Source: a phage
Length of the DNA: 54,940 nucleotides
Reading direction: 5' to 3' (one strand)
Assembly (NCBI GenBank): GCA_025829515.1
Contig: GCA_025829515.1_4865.2
The notes under the pieces are model-generated. The model was given only the letters and a program-made list of their open reading frames with translations, was not told the origin of the DNA and did not search any database. The translations under genes and the position numbers were made by a program. Positions 1 to 9,820 of this stretch are shown here, in pieces (position 1 is the stretch's first letter; each line of letters starts with the position of its first letter).

Positions 1-1
1 G

Positions 2-943
2 CCGATTAACATCCCGCTGGAATCTATTCCGCTGTGGTGTGACATCCAGTACAGCGACGGAACCAAACGCCTACCTATCGATGGTTCGCGTGTGAAGTTT
101 AACGGTCTGCGTAACTCTGGTGCACATGACACGTTTTACATCGCTTCAAACGCCGGTAATGAGTTACCTTGCCAGTTAAGCTATCAGTTGGCTCGCGGTG
201 AAACCTACGGTGGTACTGACATTGTTAAAGATACAATTGTCAAAGACTACACCGCTGTAACCGAAACAGTCGATGGTGCTTATTCCATGAAGCTGTTTGT
301 GGTTCCGCGTTGGTTGGATGCGAACCGTGGTTATCGTCTGTCGTTCCTGCTGTACAACCTGACACGCGGCCAAGTCTACGACGCGACCGCAAACATCCAG
401 TACACCACAGGGACTACATTCGACCCACTGTTGATGGGTGTGAAACAGCGTCTGAATGTGCAGGTGGATATCAGCAAAGTAAATCCACAATTCCGCGCAT
501 TCATCCAGGCGCAGTCTTTCGCCATCACGTTAGTGAACCCAGGTAACGAGTTGAATACCAACTTCCTTATCGAATACCTGCCTGATGGGCTGGTCTACGG
601 TAATGAAATTTGGGCGGAGTTCAAATACTCTAACGTCAACTACTCCACGCTGAACCTTCGTTGTGGTTGTGCCTCTAAAGCCGAGTGGCTTAAAGCGTTG
701 TACGAGCCGATTTATCCGCTCTACGATCGTCGTAATGAATCTGAGGCTCCCGAGCCTACACACTTTGAGGTGCATGTCGGTGGTAAGGTTTACACCCACA
801 GCATCGATGAGTGGTTAAATGAGCAAACGGTAGATTATCGTATCGCTCTGGACGATTCGTTAGTTATTCGCTGGATTCGTCGCACTCCTACGGATACGCT
901 TAACCTCGCGGCTACGCCAATGCTGGCGCACCACATCGAGTAA
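2..943 (+). CDS. hypothetical protein, 5'-truncated at window edge
   Basis: Reading frame is open from nt 2 to the TAA at 941-943; the ORF track starts at the first ATG (92) but there is no upstream stop, so the gene likely begins outside the window. Confidence 0.5.
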   Translation, partial: PINIPLESIPLWCDIQYSDGTKRLPIDGSRVKFNGLRNSGAHDTFYIASNAGNELPCQLSYQLARGETYGGTDIVKDTIVKDYTAVTETVDGAYSMKLFVVPRWLDANRGYRLSFLLYNLTRGQVYDATANIQYTTGTTFDPLLMGVKQRLNVQVDISKVNPQFRAFIQAQSFAITLVNPGNELNTNFLIEYLPDGLVYGNEIWAEFKYSNVNYSTLNLRCGCASKAEWLKALYEPIYPLYDRRNESEAPEPTHFEVHVGGKVYTHSIDEWLNEQTVDYRIALDDSLVIRWIRRTPTDTLNLAATPMLAHHIE

Positions 944-950
944 CAAACCT

Positions 951-976
951 TCCTCCACCCCTTCGGGGGTGGAGGT
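951..976 (+). promoter_or_regulatory. GC-rich hairpin (cctccacccc-ttcg-ggggtggagg) without T-tract, between genes
   Basis: Perfect 10-bp inverted repeat with a UUCG loop directly upstream of the terminase start; no U-run, so more likely an RNA processing or stability element than a terminator. Confidence 0.35.
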
Positions 977-987
977 ATGGAGATTGT

Positions 988-3099
988 ATGATACTGCGAA
1001 AAAACGATTGGCGACACTATCCGGGGGCGATTGTTGACGATGTCACACCAAACGTCCACTTCCTTCAATTCGCCACAACACTACAAGGATTAGGTGTCCA
1101 GCATTGGTACGTCCACCTGGCATTACACAATCCCGAACTCCGTGGTGTTGATCCGTTTAGCCCGGATTTAACACTCGAACAAAAAGCGATGATTGTTACG
1201 GAGTGTGCGGAAAACCCATGGTACTTCTTCCGTGAGTGTGTCCGGGTCCCTGCGGATGGTGTAAAGAACGGGATGCCGTTTCGTCTAGACCGCGGTAACT
1301 TTTCGATGTATTGGATTTTCTTCAACAACATCGACGCCGCTATCGAGTTTCTCCGTCAGCATGGTAAGACTGTCGGGATGTCCGCATTGCTATTGTGGCT
1401 GATGCGCTTCCTGGAGAACTCACGTACGATTCTTATCACGAAGGGTCCTGCCCTGCGTGAAGAAACTATCAACAAAATGAAACAACTGCGTAACGCGTTA
1501 CCGGATTATCTCTGGCCTCATCACCCGGACGATCCTGATAACCGTGAGACATTTGCATGTCTAGCGCAGGGTAACAAACTTATCACCGGCATCGGTCAAA
1601 ACGATAAGGAAGCTGCGAACGGGGTAGGCCGTGGACTCACAGCCGGACGCCTGTTCTCGGATGAAGGACCGTTTACCAACAACATCCACCATATCCTCCC
1701 TGCTGCACTAGCATCGGGTACCGCGGCGCGTCGTATTAACGAAGCCGAAGGTGTTCCATACGGCAACGTCTTCGCAACAACGCCTGGGGATTTGGCGACA
1801 GAAGAAGGCGAGTACATGTACAGCCTGATGACGTCGGGGATTTCGTGGGATGAACGGTATATCGACATTCCGACTCGTGCACAACTGATTGACATGATTC
1901 GCAAAGGCTCTACTGCGAAGATTCCACGTATCATGTTCTACGTGAAATACAACCACCGCCAACTCGGTACCACGGACGAAGAACTCGCAGATATGATTGC
2001 GAACGCCCCAGGTACACCAGACCAAATCCGCCGTGACTTCGGTGGTGAATGGACAACCGGTGGTTACAACAAACCGTTCTCAGGCGATGATGCAAGACGT
2101 ATGAACGCCTCGCGTATTCGGGCAGCACAGAAAATTATCTCTGCTTCCAACTACGTAACGGATTGGTATTACACTGAAGAGCAGATGCTGGTTAAAATGC
2201 AAGACCGCCACATCATCGGTTTGGATACTTCCGAAGCCGTGGGGCGGGACGCCATTGCCATGTCAATCGTCAACTCTGTCACTGCCGAATATGCCGGCAA
2301 GCTCACCGTGAACGAAACAAACGTCATCGGGTTTGCGATTCACTTAGCAGACTTCATGATCGAATATCCGAACACGGTACTCATTCTGGAACGACGGTCT
2401 ACCGGCTCCTCGGTAGCAGATGCCATTATACTGCAGCTGCAATCTAAGGTTCGCGATTTGCATCGTCGTTTGTACGTGAAAGTGACCCAGGATTACTCAA
2501 GGAACGATGAACTTTACAAAGAGTTCCATCGTGGCCCTGTGGGCAGTCCAGAGCGCTTCTGGGACAAATTCCGTAAATACATCGGTTTCTCAACCGACCA
2601 GGATAAACGCCGTAAGTTGTATGGTGAAGTATTTACCACGGCGTTGCGTCTTTCTGCGGACTTACTGCGGTCAGGCGAATTGATCGACCAAATCCTCGGT
2701 CTCGTCGAACGAAACGGGCGCATAGACCACCGTGCATCCGGTCACGATGACCTGGTAATATCCTGGCTCCTGGCAATGTGGTTACTTCTGTTCGGCAACA
2801 ACTTAGGCCACTACGGTATAAGTAACAGCCGACTGATGATGCGCAACCGCAATATGCTCGGGGGCATGGCAGGTGAATTCGATGAAGAGGCTGCAGTCGA
2901 GGAAGAAGAAAAGCAACAACAACTGATGGGGCAAATTGAAACGATGATTAGGCAGAGTCAAGTTGTAGCCGACCCGGTACAACAGCTCATGTACAAGAAT
3001 CGTATTCAAGCGCTCGTCTCTCAACTCAACACTGACGTTCGTAACGTCGCATCGATGGAAAGCTTGAAAGAGCTAATCCAACGACAGAGGATGAAGTGA
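988..3099 (+). CDS. putative terminase large subunit (ATPase plus RNase H-like nuclease)
   Basis: 703-aa ORF; terminase-type deviant Walker A (LRQHGKT); C-terminal motifs GLDTSEAVGRD and GHDDLVISWLLA resemble terminase nuclease Asp motifs; ATG preceded by GGAG. Confidence 0.6.
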   Translation: MILRKNDWRHYPGAIVDDVTPNVHFLQFATTLQGLGVQHWYVHLALHNPELRGVDPFSPDLTLEQKAMIVTECAENPWYFFRECVRVPADGVKNGMPFRLDRGNFSMYWIFFNNIDAAIEFLRQHGKTVGMSALLLWLMRFLENSRTILITKGPALREETINKMKQLRNALPDYLWPHHPDDPDNRETFACLAQGNKLITGIGQNDKEAANGVGRGLTAGRLFSDEGPFTNNIHHILPAALASGTAARRINEAEGVPYGNVFATTPGDLATEEGEYMYSLMTSGISWDERYIDIPTRAQLIDMIRKGSTAKIPRIMFYVKYNHRQLGTTDEELADMIANAPGTPDQIRRDFGGEWTTGGYNKPFSGDDARRMNASRIRAAQKIISASNYVTDWYYTEEQMLVKMQDRHIIGLDTSEAVGRDAIAMSIVNSVTAEYAGKLTVNETNVIGFAIHLADFMIEYPNTVLILERRSTGSSVADAIILQLQSKVRDLHRRLYVKVTQDYSRNDELYKEFHRGPVGSPERFWDKFRKYIGFSTDQDKRRKLYGEVFTTALRLSADLLRSGELIDQILGLVERNGRIDHRASGHDDLVISWLLAMWLLLFGNNLGHYGISNSRLMMRNRNMLGGMAGEFDEEAAVEEEEKQQQLMGQIETMIRQSQVVADPVQQLMYKNRIQALVSQLNTDVRNVASMESLKELIQRQRMK

Positions 3100-3338
3100 T
3101 GACTCAACTCTACTACGCAATCGTGCTGGTAATGTGGATTTGCCTATACTTTGGCTTACGCCACACCATCGAAGTAATACGCATACACGCACAAAGCCAC
3201 GATGTCTGCACACGCACAATGCGGCTCGGACAGATTATCTGTAGCTTTGGCGTATTGCTTATCGGTGGACTATCGACCGCGGGGCTACACGTTGTGTATA
3301 CCCTACATCAAGTTGCCGTATCGGGAGCACTCGCCTGA
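3096..3338 (+). CDS. small hydrophobic protein (probable membrane protein)
   Basis: 80-aa ORF, ATGA overlap with the upstream stop, two hydrophobic segments, followed by a terminator. Confidence 0.4.
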   Translation: MMTQLYYAIVLVMWICLYFGLRHTIEVIRIHAQSHDVCTRTMRLGQIICSFGVLLIGGLSTAGLHVVYTLHQVAVSGALA

Positions 3339-3368
3339 ATCAACTTTAACTCGAAAAAATACGACGTA

Positions 3369-3410
3369 GCCACCTCTCCGAAACTGGAGAGGTGGCATTT
3401 TATTTTATTT
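3369..3410. terminator. rho-independent terminator, probably bidirectional
   Basis: 10-bp stem ccacctctcc/ggagaggtgg followed by a T-run on plus and a T-rich stretch on minus; lies between convergent genes. Confidence 0.6.
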
Positions 3411-4781
3411 CTGCAAAGAGCGGATCAAGAAGTACAACAGTAACGCATTACGTAAGGCAGCCAGAGCGGCTTCATGACGGATGTGTGTTTCCCGTGCGGC
3501 CAGTTTCTCAATCCGTTCACGCAACGATAACACGTATGGGTTAGGGGACTTCGAAGCCTGGTACAACGAACGCATACGCAGTAGAACCGTACTCGCATCG
3601 TTAAAGTTCAGACGAGAGGTAACAATTTCATCGAACGCGTGCGATAGCGTGTCCTCCATGATAGCGTTAATCTCATCACGCTTTTTGCCAAGCGGTAGAC
3701 TTGCAATATACGCCAGCAAAGTTTTCAGTGCCGCGGGAGATGCTTTGGGTACTAGCTCCAACACCACTTTTGCTAATTGCTCTTTGTAAAGATTGTTGAT
3801 ATCGTAAGACGCATCGAACAGATTCTGCTTAGCGATATCCAGCGCACCCACTTTGTCACGAATAATCGATTCGCCGTCTAACTCTATACGAGTTGACTGC
3901 GTAATCACACGGCTATTATCGCGACGTACTTTGTCCAGTACCGCGTAATAGTCCTTCACGGTTTGTTTGGTACGGGTGTTCAAGTCGGTGATGAAGCGCA
4001 GCACCAAATCCGGCGTATCGAAGCGTTTAACCGCATCGTAGTTTGGGTACTCTGGGGAACAGAAGTATTCTGAACGCTCCTGCATGTGCAAGCCCCAGTT
4101 ACCTAAACGTCGAATATCGAACTTTAACGACAGCATTGAATACGCAGCGTCGGCGGCGGCCATGTCGACCGGCTTGGGGAAGAAGTGGTAATATATACTG
4201 GAGTAGAATTTGAATTGCAGAAGCGTTACTAACGATACAGCCGCGGCGTGGATTTCACGATCGGCGAATTTCGACATCATTCGATGTAGAGTATACACCG
4301 TAGAGAGGTTATACGGATCACCCGCCACTGCCCAGTCGGTGTTAATCGTGCCCGATTCTTTAATCATCTCGAACAGATAGTCTTCGTCGACTTTCAAGAC
4401 ATCTTCAAAAAAGCGGTTACGGTCAGAATCGTAGAAACGAATGGTGTGGACGCCTAATAGATTAGACCCTAGCCACTCCACATTGCCTTCACGTTTAAGG
4501 ATGTTGTCTACGTGAAGTTGAATTTGCTTTGCAAAACGACGATCGATGACGACGTGTTTAAAGCATTCGTCAAACACTTTACGTAATCGGTCATTCTTCA
4601 TGGCTTCTGCAGCAACCACCAGTCCCATCGGGACGTAGCCGCCAAAACCATAGTCGTAATACAAGCCCGTAGAATACGTGTCATCGTCGAAGAATGGGTC
4701 ACGTCCGAATGATTCGACGGCAACCTTCACTCCGGTATCACGATAACAACCGGTACTGAAATCATAAACCAGTTCAGACAT
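3405..4781 (-). CDS. hypothetical protein
   Basis: 458-aa ORF; ATG at 4779-4781 (minus) preceded by AGAGG. Confidence 0.6.
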   Translation of the reverse strand: MSELVYDFSTGCYRDTGVKVAVESFGRDPFFDDDTYSTGLYYDYGFGGYVPMGLVVAAEAMKNDRLRKVFDECFKHVVIDRRFAKQIQLHVDNILKREGNVEWLGSNLLGVHTIRFYDSDRNRFFEDVLKVDEDYLFEMIKESGTINTDWAVAGDPYNLSTVYTLHRMMSKFADREIHAAAVSLVTLLQFKFYSSIYYHFFPKPVDMAAADAAYSMLSLKFDIRRLGNWGLHMQERSEYFCSPEYPNYDAVKRFDTPDLVLRFITDLNTRTKQTVKDYYAVLDKVRRDNSRVITQSTRIELDGESIIRDKVGALDIAKQNLFDASYDINNLYKEQLAKVVLELVPKASPAALKTLLAYIASLPLGKKRDEINAIMEDTLSHAFDEIVTSRLNFNDASTVLLRMRSLYQASKSPNPYVLSLRERIEKLAARETHIRHEAALAALRNALLLYFLIRSLQK

Positions 4782-4853
4782 GGCACTAAACCTCTAAAAA
4801 TTTACGGATATATGTTATCATACTGAGAGTATACCTGAAGGAGATTTTACCCA

Positions 4854-5987
4854 ATGATGAACTTTGAACGTAAGCACGCGTGGCAAGAAAAGCTACGCAC
4901 GGGGCAGATACATTCTGCCCAACAAGTGAAGATGTGGGTGCTGCCGCACGGCGTCATCTGCGAAATGGTCCAGGTCGGGGGATTACCTATTCTTCGAAAT
5001 GGCAAATACGATTCGATGAACACGGTACTCGCGCGCTTGCTGGCCGATGCAGGCATAATGGGTACCGTGATTTTATATTCAACCGCAACGATTCCTCAGA
5101 ACCTTTCTCGCTGGTTAACACATTGGCTTTCCAATGACCCTAGCGAGGACGATCCGTGGCTACGTTCGATGACAGTGACAACAATGGGTCAACGGCCGAC
5201 GAAACCCCTCCCATTCCAGGTCAATGTAATCGAACCAGCTATTCTGGAAGCGGGTGAAGTGTTTGAAGCAATCAAACATCGATCTCGCGATGTTAGCATC
5301 AGTCAGTTTCTTATCGAAGCGAATGATGTGACTTACCGGCTGGAGCCTGTACGACGTATGGACGCTCGTATCGTCGACTGCACAGAGTTCGGTTATGTCT
5401 TGCGTACACAGGGCAACCATACCTTCCTGGCATCGATGCTCTCTCGCCGCGTGCAGGGACAGTTAGCACACTACAAAGTGTCCCCTGCTGACCTCGTCGG
5501 TACCGACGTTAAGGTCGAATACACAATGTTTACCGAAGGGAATCGACTGTGTAATTTTAAGTCTCCGGTAGTCTATCGGAGTAAGGCACTTGATGCCTTA
5601 GGCGACCAGAATGTCCCGACATACGATGGCCCCTATCCGTTTAAATCGCAAGCATCTGCAAACCGTGCGCTCCTTACGGTAACTCGGTGTAAACGCGCAG
5701 CGATCACACGGACCGACGGGGAAATTTATGGTAAGGACACTGAGTCTGACGCAAAACTCTTTTCGTTCCGGCGTGGTGTGAAACCTGGATTGTATGCCGC
5801 GACGTTTGAAAAGGGGGATGACGTCGAGTTCTGGCAGTTCGACAGCGATTTTGCAGTAGATGCGATTGACCCAGATGCGTTAGTGAGTGTCATCACAGAC
5901 CAAATCTTTTACGCGACGGGTATGAGCCTGCTGGAAATCTTTTTAATGTACGATGCCAGATTACCTTCACAGTCAGTCAAAACGTAA
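4854..5987 (+). CDS. hypothetical protein
   Basis: 377-aa ORF; AAGGAG 7 nt upstream of ATG. Confidence 0.6.
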   Translation: MMNFERKHAWQEKLRTGQIHSAQQVKMWVLPHGVICEMVQVGGLPILRNGKYDSMNTVLARLLADAGIMGTVILYSTATIPQNLSRWLTHWLSNDPSEDDPWLRSMTVTTMGQRPTKPLPFQVNVIEPAILEAGEVFEAIKHRSRDVSISQFLIEANDVTYRLEPVRRMDARIVDCTEFGYVLRTQGNHTFLASMLSRRVQGQLAHYKVSPADLVGTDVKVEYTMFTEGNRLCNFKSPVVYRSKALDALGDQNVPTYDGPYPFKSQASANRALLTVTRCKRAAITRTDGEIYGKDTESDAKLFSFRRGVKPGLYAATFEKGDDVEFWQFDSDFAVDAIDPDALVSVITDQIFYATGMSLLEIFLMYDARLPSQSVKT

Positions 5988-5997
5988 GGAGCCTCCT

Positions 5998-6507
5998 ATG
6001 TTTACTGCGCCAACCGTGCAGGTGGGGCAAGGTCTTAACCTGGTGGTACACGACCAGCGGTTAATCGACCTCTGCGACACAAGCATAATTACTGCGATGA
6101 TGGACCATAACCCTTTAGGTGACTACGGAAATACCAGCGAGATTTTGGCTGTTGCTGCCGTCCTCCGTCGTATTTACGGTCAAATAACCATCGTAGATCT
6201 CTGTAACTTCATTGACAACCACAGAGATTTAACTAAAGGGTTGGTCGCACTTACTCAAGATGGGGTGTCAAGTTTTGACAGTTCTCTTGGTAATTTCCTA
6301 GACATCGGTTCCGGGTTCGACTCCGGGCTAATGTTCATCACTCGTGAACGCTACGTCGCCGTCTGGGAATTTCTGCAACGCATGGGTGTGCATGTTCCTG
6401 CAAAGATCATGCATTACCAAACTTACGACCTGAATATTTTCGGGGAGCCAGGGTTATGGATAAAACCAGTACACCTTGGCCTTGATGGCTACACCATCAA
6501 GTGTTAA
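5998..6507 (+). CDS. hypothetical protein
   Basis: ORF track starts at 5953, but the in-frame ATG at 5998 has AAGGAG 6 nt upstream and follows the previous stop at 5987. Confidence 0.5.
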   Translation: MFTAPTVQVGQGLNLVVHDQRLIDLCDTSIITAMMDHNPLGDYGNTSEILAVAAVLRRIYGQITIVDLCNFIDNHRDLTKGLVALTQDGVSSFDSSLGNFLDIGSGFDSGLMFITRERYVAVWEFLQRMGVHVPAKIMHYQTYDLNIFGEPGLWIKPVHLGLDGYTIKC

Positions 6508-6514
6508 GTCACTA

Positions 6515-6567
6515 GGCGTACTCTCTTCGGGGAGTACGCCAATCTTATTTTTTTTTATTTTTTTTTT
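6515..6567 (+). terminator. rho-independent terminator
   Basis: Stem ggcgtact/agtacgcc with cUUCGg-type loop followed by a long T-tract. Confidence 0.6.
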
Positions 6568-7164
6568 GGTTACTTTTTAACCAACCGGTTAAAGGGGTCT
6601 GGGAAGCATCAGAAAACGATTAGGTGGTATCGACGTAGGGTAGCTCGTTTTTGGCAGTTTATCGTTTTCTAGGGTCGGTTACGTGCGTTTTAGAGGGGGT
6701 TATGTATCGAGACAGAGAATTTATTTTTGTCGGGGCGAGGAAATTCAGGGAATGGGGATTCAGGATTGTATGTTTTTTAACCAGTTATTAAAAACGCTCT
6801 AGAAAGCGCTAGAACGAGATTTAACTCAGACCCAGTACACTTGGGTTCCCCCTACCGGAAAATCGCGCCAGCGGGCCGTTGAGAGCGCGAGAGTGCCATT
6901 CCCGTTTCGGTTCCGGGACGACGGTCGCGGCCGGCGACGACGATCACACGTTGGGTAGCACTTCGTGCCATGTCTGGGTGAAAACTGGATCGTTCTGTAA
7001 CCGACACACACTGTCGGTTACTTACGAGTTCTTTGGGTTGTTTAACTCGCTCTAAAATCCCCCTTAGGGGATAATTTAATCTAATTCTCAAAATTTCTTT
7101 TTAAAACAATCACTTAGATTGTTTTTTAGATTGATCCTGTGGATCGGGTCGAAGACCCTTTCCT

Positions 7165-7330
7165 TATACGCGTGCGCGTGCGCACACCCGTATCCTCCAG
7201 GATCTTTTAAAATATATAATAATATTAAATATAATAATACCTTTAGGTATTATATTTAATTATTATAATTATTTATATAAATAAATATATTAATATATTA
7301 AGATCTTAAAACGCGTGCGGGCGCGCGCGT
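7165..7330. other. AT-rich imperfect palindrome (~110 bp, >90% AT) flanked by alternating purine-pyrimidine GC tracts; candidate origin or DNA-unwinding element
   Basis: Left tract tatacgcgtgcgcgtgcgcacac (7165-7187) and right tract cgcgtgcgggcgcgcgcgtg (7311-7330) bracket a block centred on the hairpin aataatacc-ttt-aggtattat (7232-7252); GATC-containing repeats flank both sides. Confidence 0.45.
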
Positions 7331-8279
7331 GATCCTTATTAAGAGATCGTGATCGGACGGAAGACCGAGATCGGGTACCCTGTGTATTTTTTACGTGGTT
7401 TCCCTATCGTGTGTTCAGACCACCACTCGATGTCCAAAAACCCATAGCTTCGGTGGTCGCCTCCCTGGTCGGTAGACTCTGACAAGTCGACCCACAACAC
7501 CAACCCGTCCGGGGACGGATTTTTATTCCAACGACAAGCTCCACGAAAATCCCCGCAGAGGGACTCACTGCTGTGTGACTCACCGGCTCCTGGACGCCTA
7601 CGCCTCGAGCCGGTAATTTTTTGATTACGTGAGTTTGTTGTTATATGCGAATAGCGATTGACCGCGCCAATGGTCCAATCACTTTTAAACCCTGCACGCT
7701 AGGGCTCCAAGTCCTGGGACTGATACCCAGGACGCTTTTTCGAAAATACCTACCGTGGTGTCTTCGACAAAGCGCAATCTAACACTGCGTGATTTATTAT
7801 GTTCTGGAAAACTTTCGCCGTGGAACAGAACCGGTGAGCGTCGGCGGGGATTCCGACAATCACCACCCATTCAGGTACTCGGTAAATAACCGACCTGCCG
7901 ACGGTGCTACGTCGGGCGTAGTTCGGTTTGCGAGAGTGTCGAGAAAGTCGACTGCGCACCCATGACAAAATCCGAGTTGACCGTGGCAGCGCCAGAGGAC
8001 TGGGCAGCGGAGAGACGTCGTTGAACTTACCTCCGATAGTTATCGCTGATTCCGCTCTGGCGTCGGGCCAAAACTGATTCGAATTCGGCGTTGCGTCGAA
8101 AAGGGGTCTGCGTGTAGAACCGCAGACTTGGGGGATAACTCCAAAGTGGGGTGATCGGATCTTGACGGCTCGGAATAGACGAGAGGGGTGGGTACTCCCG
8201 TTGAGAAACGACGGTACCTGGCTGATTAAAATTTACAGATTCTGCGTGAGGTATGATAAACCAAACGGAGAATTAAACC

Positions 8280-8855
8280 ATGAACTTGTATCGCATCGGG
8301 TTTTACCGAAACGAGATGCCTGAATCGGTTTTGGTTGTCTTAGCCGAAAACGAGGAGCAGGCCAAATCCTTCTGGCCGGTTAGCGCAGAGCGTCCAGCGG
8401 TTGCGTGCTGCTACGACGGCGCTGTGTCTACCCCGATGGTTACGCCTGGGGTGGTTCTGAAGCAAGGCCGTTGGGATGATTATTCCCATCCCGGTTTGGA
8501 ATTTGTTTCCGAATCCGCCAGACACACCTGGAATCTTACCACGGGTAAAACCAGAGTGTACTTCGGCCACCAAGCCAAGCAACCGTCGCTCATCAAGCTG
8601 TACCTGGTTTACAGCGACGTCGCTACCGAAGACTATGTCGACGCCGGAATCATCGTCGGGGCAACAACCCCCGAGGCGGCATTCGCACATTGGGACGGTG
8701 ATAAACCCGGAATCGTTTCGGTCTGTGAGCTACCACTTGAAGCCGGTTTGGTTACGAACATCAAGTGTGAGCAAGGCCAGGAGCTGACTTGGATGCGCCA
8801 GGATTACCTGACGGAAACGACATTCGAGTACACACCGAGGAAGGTGACCCAATGA
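8280..8855 (+). CDS. hypothetical protein with internal duplication of a ~90-aa domain
   Basis: 191-aa ORF with GGAG RBS; N- and C-terminal halves share an LY...VxA..EEqA pattern, also present in the 9578..9820 product. Confidence 0.5.
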   Translation: MNLYRIGFYRNEMPESVLVVLAENEEQAKSFWPVSAERPAVACCYDGAVSTPMVTPGVVLKQGRWDDYSHPGLEFVSESARHTWNLTTGKTRVYFGHQAKQPSLIKLYLVYSDVATEDYVDAGIIVGATTPEAAFAHWDGDKPGIVSVCELPLEAGLVTNIKCEQGQELTWMRQDYLTETTFEYTPRKVTQ

Positions 8856-9343
8856 CGACGATAGCGTTCGATGGAAAAGTCTTAGCTGCTGACGGTCAGC
8901 TGACCCGCGGGTCGAATATCTGCAACCTGAACACCCAGAAGTTATTCATCTGCCCTTCTGACGAGGAATGGTGGATTACTGGTGAACGGATTGTGGCGTT
9001 CGGAGTAAGCGGTGACATCACAGGACAGTTGGCCCTGCTGGAAACGGTCCGCTTGAGACCCGGCTACAAGGGGTTAACGCAAAGCTCGCAGTTACCTGCG
9101 AAGATGGATTTTACTTTCCTGATGCTTCTGGCCTCAGGAAAAGCGATAGTCGGCGGAAAACGTGAAGACGACGTGACGTTGTGGTGGAGTGAAGCCACAC
9201 CGCCTCTGGCAACCGGAAGCGGTTACGAGTATGCGTTGGGTGCGATGAAGATGGGCGCGAATGCGGTTCGTGCTGTTGAGATTGCGTCCGAATGCGATAT
9301 CTACACCGGTGGTGAGATTAGCACTTACGAATTACGGAGGTGA
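8852..9343 (+). CDS. HslV-like Ntn-hydrolase (proteasome beta-type peptidase homolog)
   Basis: Start MTTIAFDGKVLAADGQ matches the HslV N-terminus MTTIVSV...AGDGQ with Thr2 as candidate nucleophile; GSG motif (LATGSGYEYA) and C-terminal CDIYTGGEISTYEL resemble HslV; ATGA overlap with upstream gene. Confidence 0.75.
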   Translation: MTTIAFDGKVLAADGQLTRGSNICNLNTQKLFICPSDEEWWITGERIVAFGVSGDITGQLALLETVRLRPGYKGLTQSSQLPAKMDFTFLMLLASGKAIVGGKREDDVTLWWSEATPPLATGSGYEYALGAMKMGANAVRAVEIASECDIYTGGEISTYELRR

Positions 9344-9435
9344 ATCATGCGGGAGTCAGAAGCACGCAAGCTTGACCCCATCAATCGCCTGCGATAACGG
9401 GGTAGCGCATCCGTATAAACACGTTCAAGAATTCT

Positions 9436-9511
9436 AGGAAAGTGACGCAATTGGTAGCGTACCGGTCTCCAAAACCGGCTGTTTAGAGTTCGAGTCTCTA
9501 CTTTCCTGCCA
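9436..9511 (+). tRNA. tRNA-Trp (anticodon CCA)
   Basis: Hand-folded cloverleaf: acceptor aggaaag/ctttcct, D-stem acgc/gcgt, anticodon stem ccggt/accgg with loop ctCCAaa, 5-nt variable loop, T-arm tagag-ttcgagt-ctcta, discriminator G and encoded CCA. Confidence 0.8.
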
Positions 9512-9577
9512 CATTTAGCCAACAAGGCCATGATTCAAAGCAGAATGACACCGAATGTCTAACTGCGGAGAATAATC

Positions 9578-9820
9578 ATGAACTTGTATTTGCTAGAACG
9601 AACTGACGATATCGGGTATGATGAATTTGATTCCATAATCGTGGCGGCTCCTACGGAGCAAGCTGCGTGTGCAATTCCTCCCGACTGTGGCCATTGGATG
9701 GACTGCCGCTGGTTACCGAAAGAGCGCTGGGATGAAGGGCTTACCCTGACCGTTACTCTTATCGGTACTACGCACTATCCTGCTGGGACCGTCGTTCATG
9801 AATCGTTCAATGCTGGCTAA
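9578..9820 (+). CDS. hypothetical small protein, paralog of the 8280..8855 repeat domain
   Basis: 80-aa ORF starting MNLY like 8280..8855; GGAG RBS; followed by hairpin 9823-9840. Confidence 0.45.
   Translation: MNLYLLERTDDIGYDEFDSIIVAAPTEQAACAIPPDCGHWMDCRWLPKERWDEGLTLTVTLIGTTHYPAGTVVHESFNAG

Noticed and set aside
7165-7330. AT-rich block as an insertion sequence or transposon remnant
   Set aside because: No transposase ORF and no terminal inverted repeats of IS type; the symmetry is a single central palindrome flanked by GC tracts, more like a cis-acting DNA site
6826-7968. Short ORFs (61-79 aa) inside the 1.77-kb non-coding region
   Set aside because: GC-rich, Arg-rich translations without RBSs that overlap each other; more consistent with non-coding sequence
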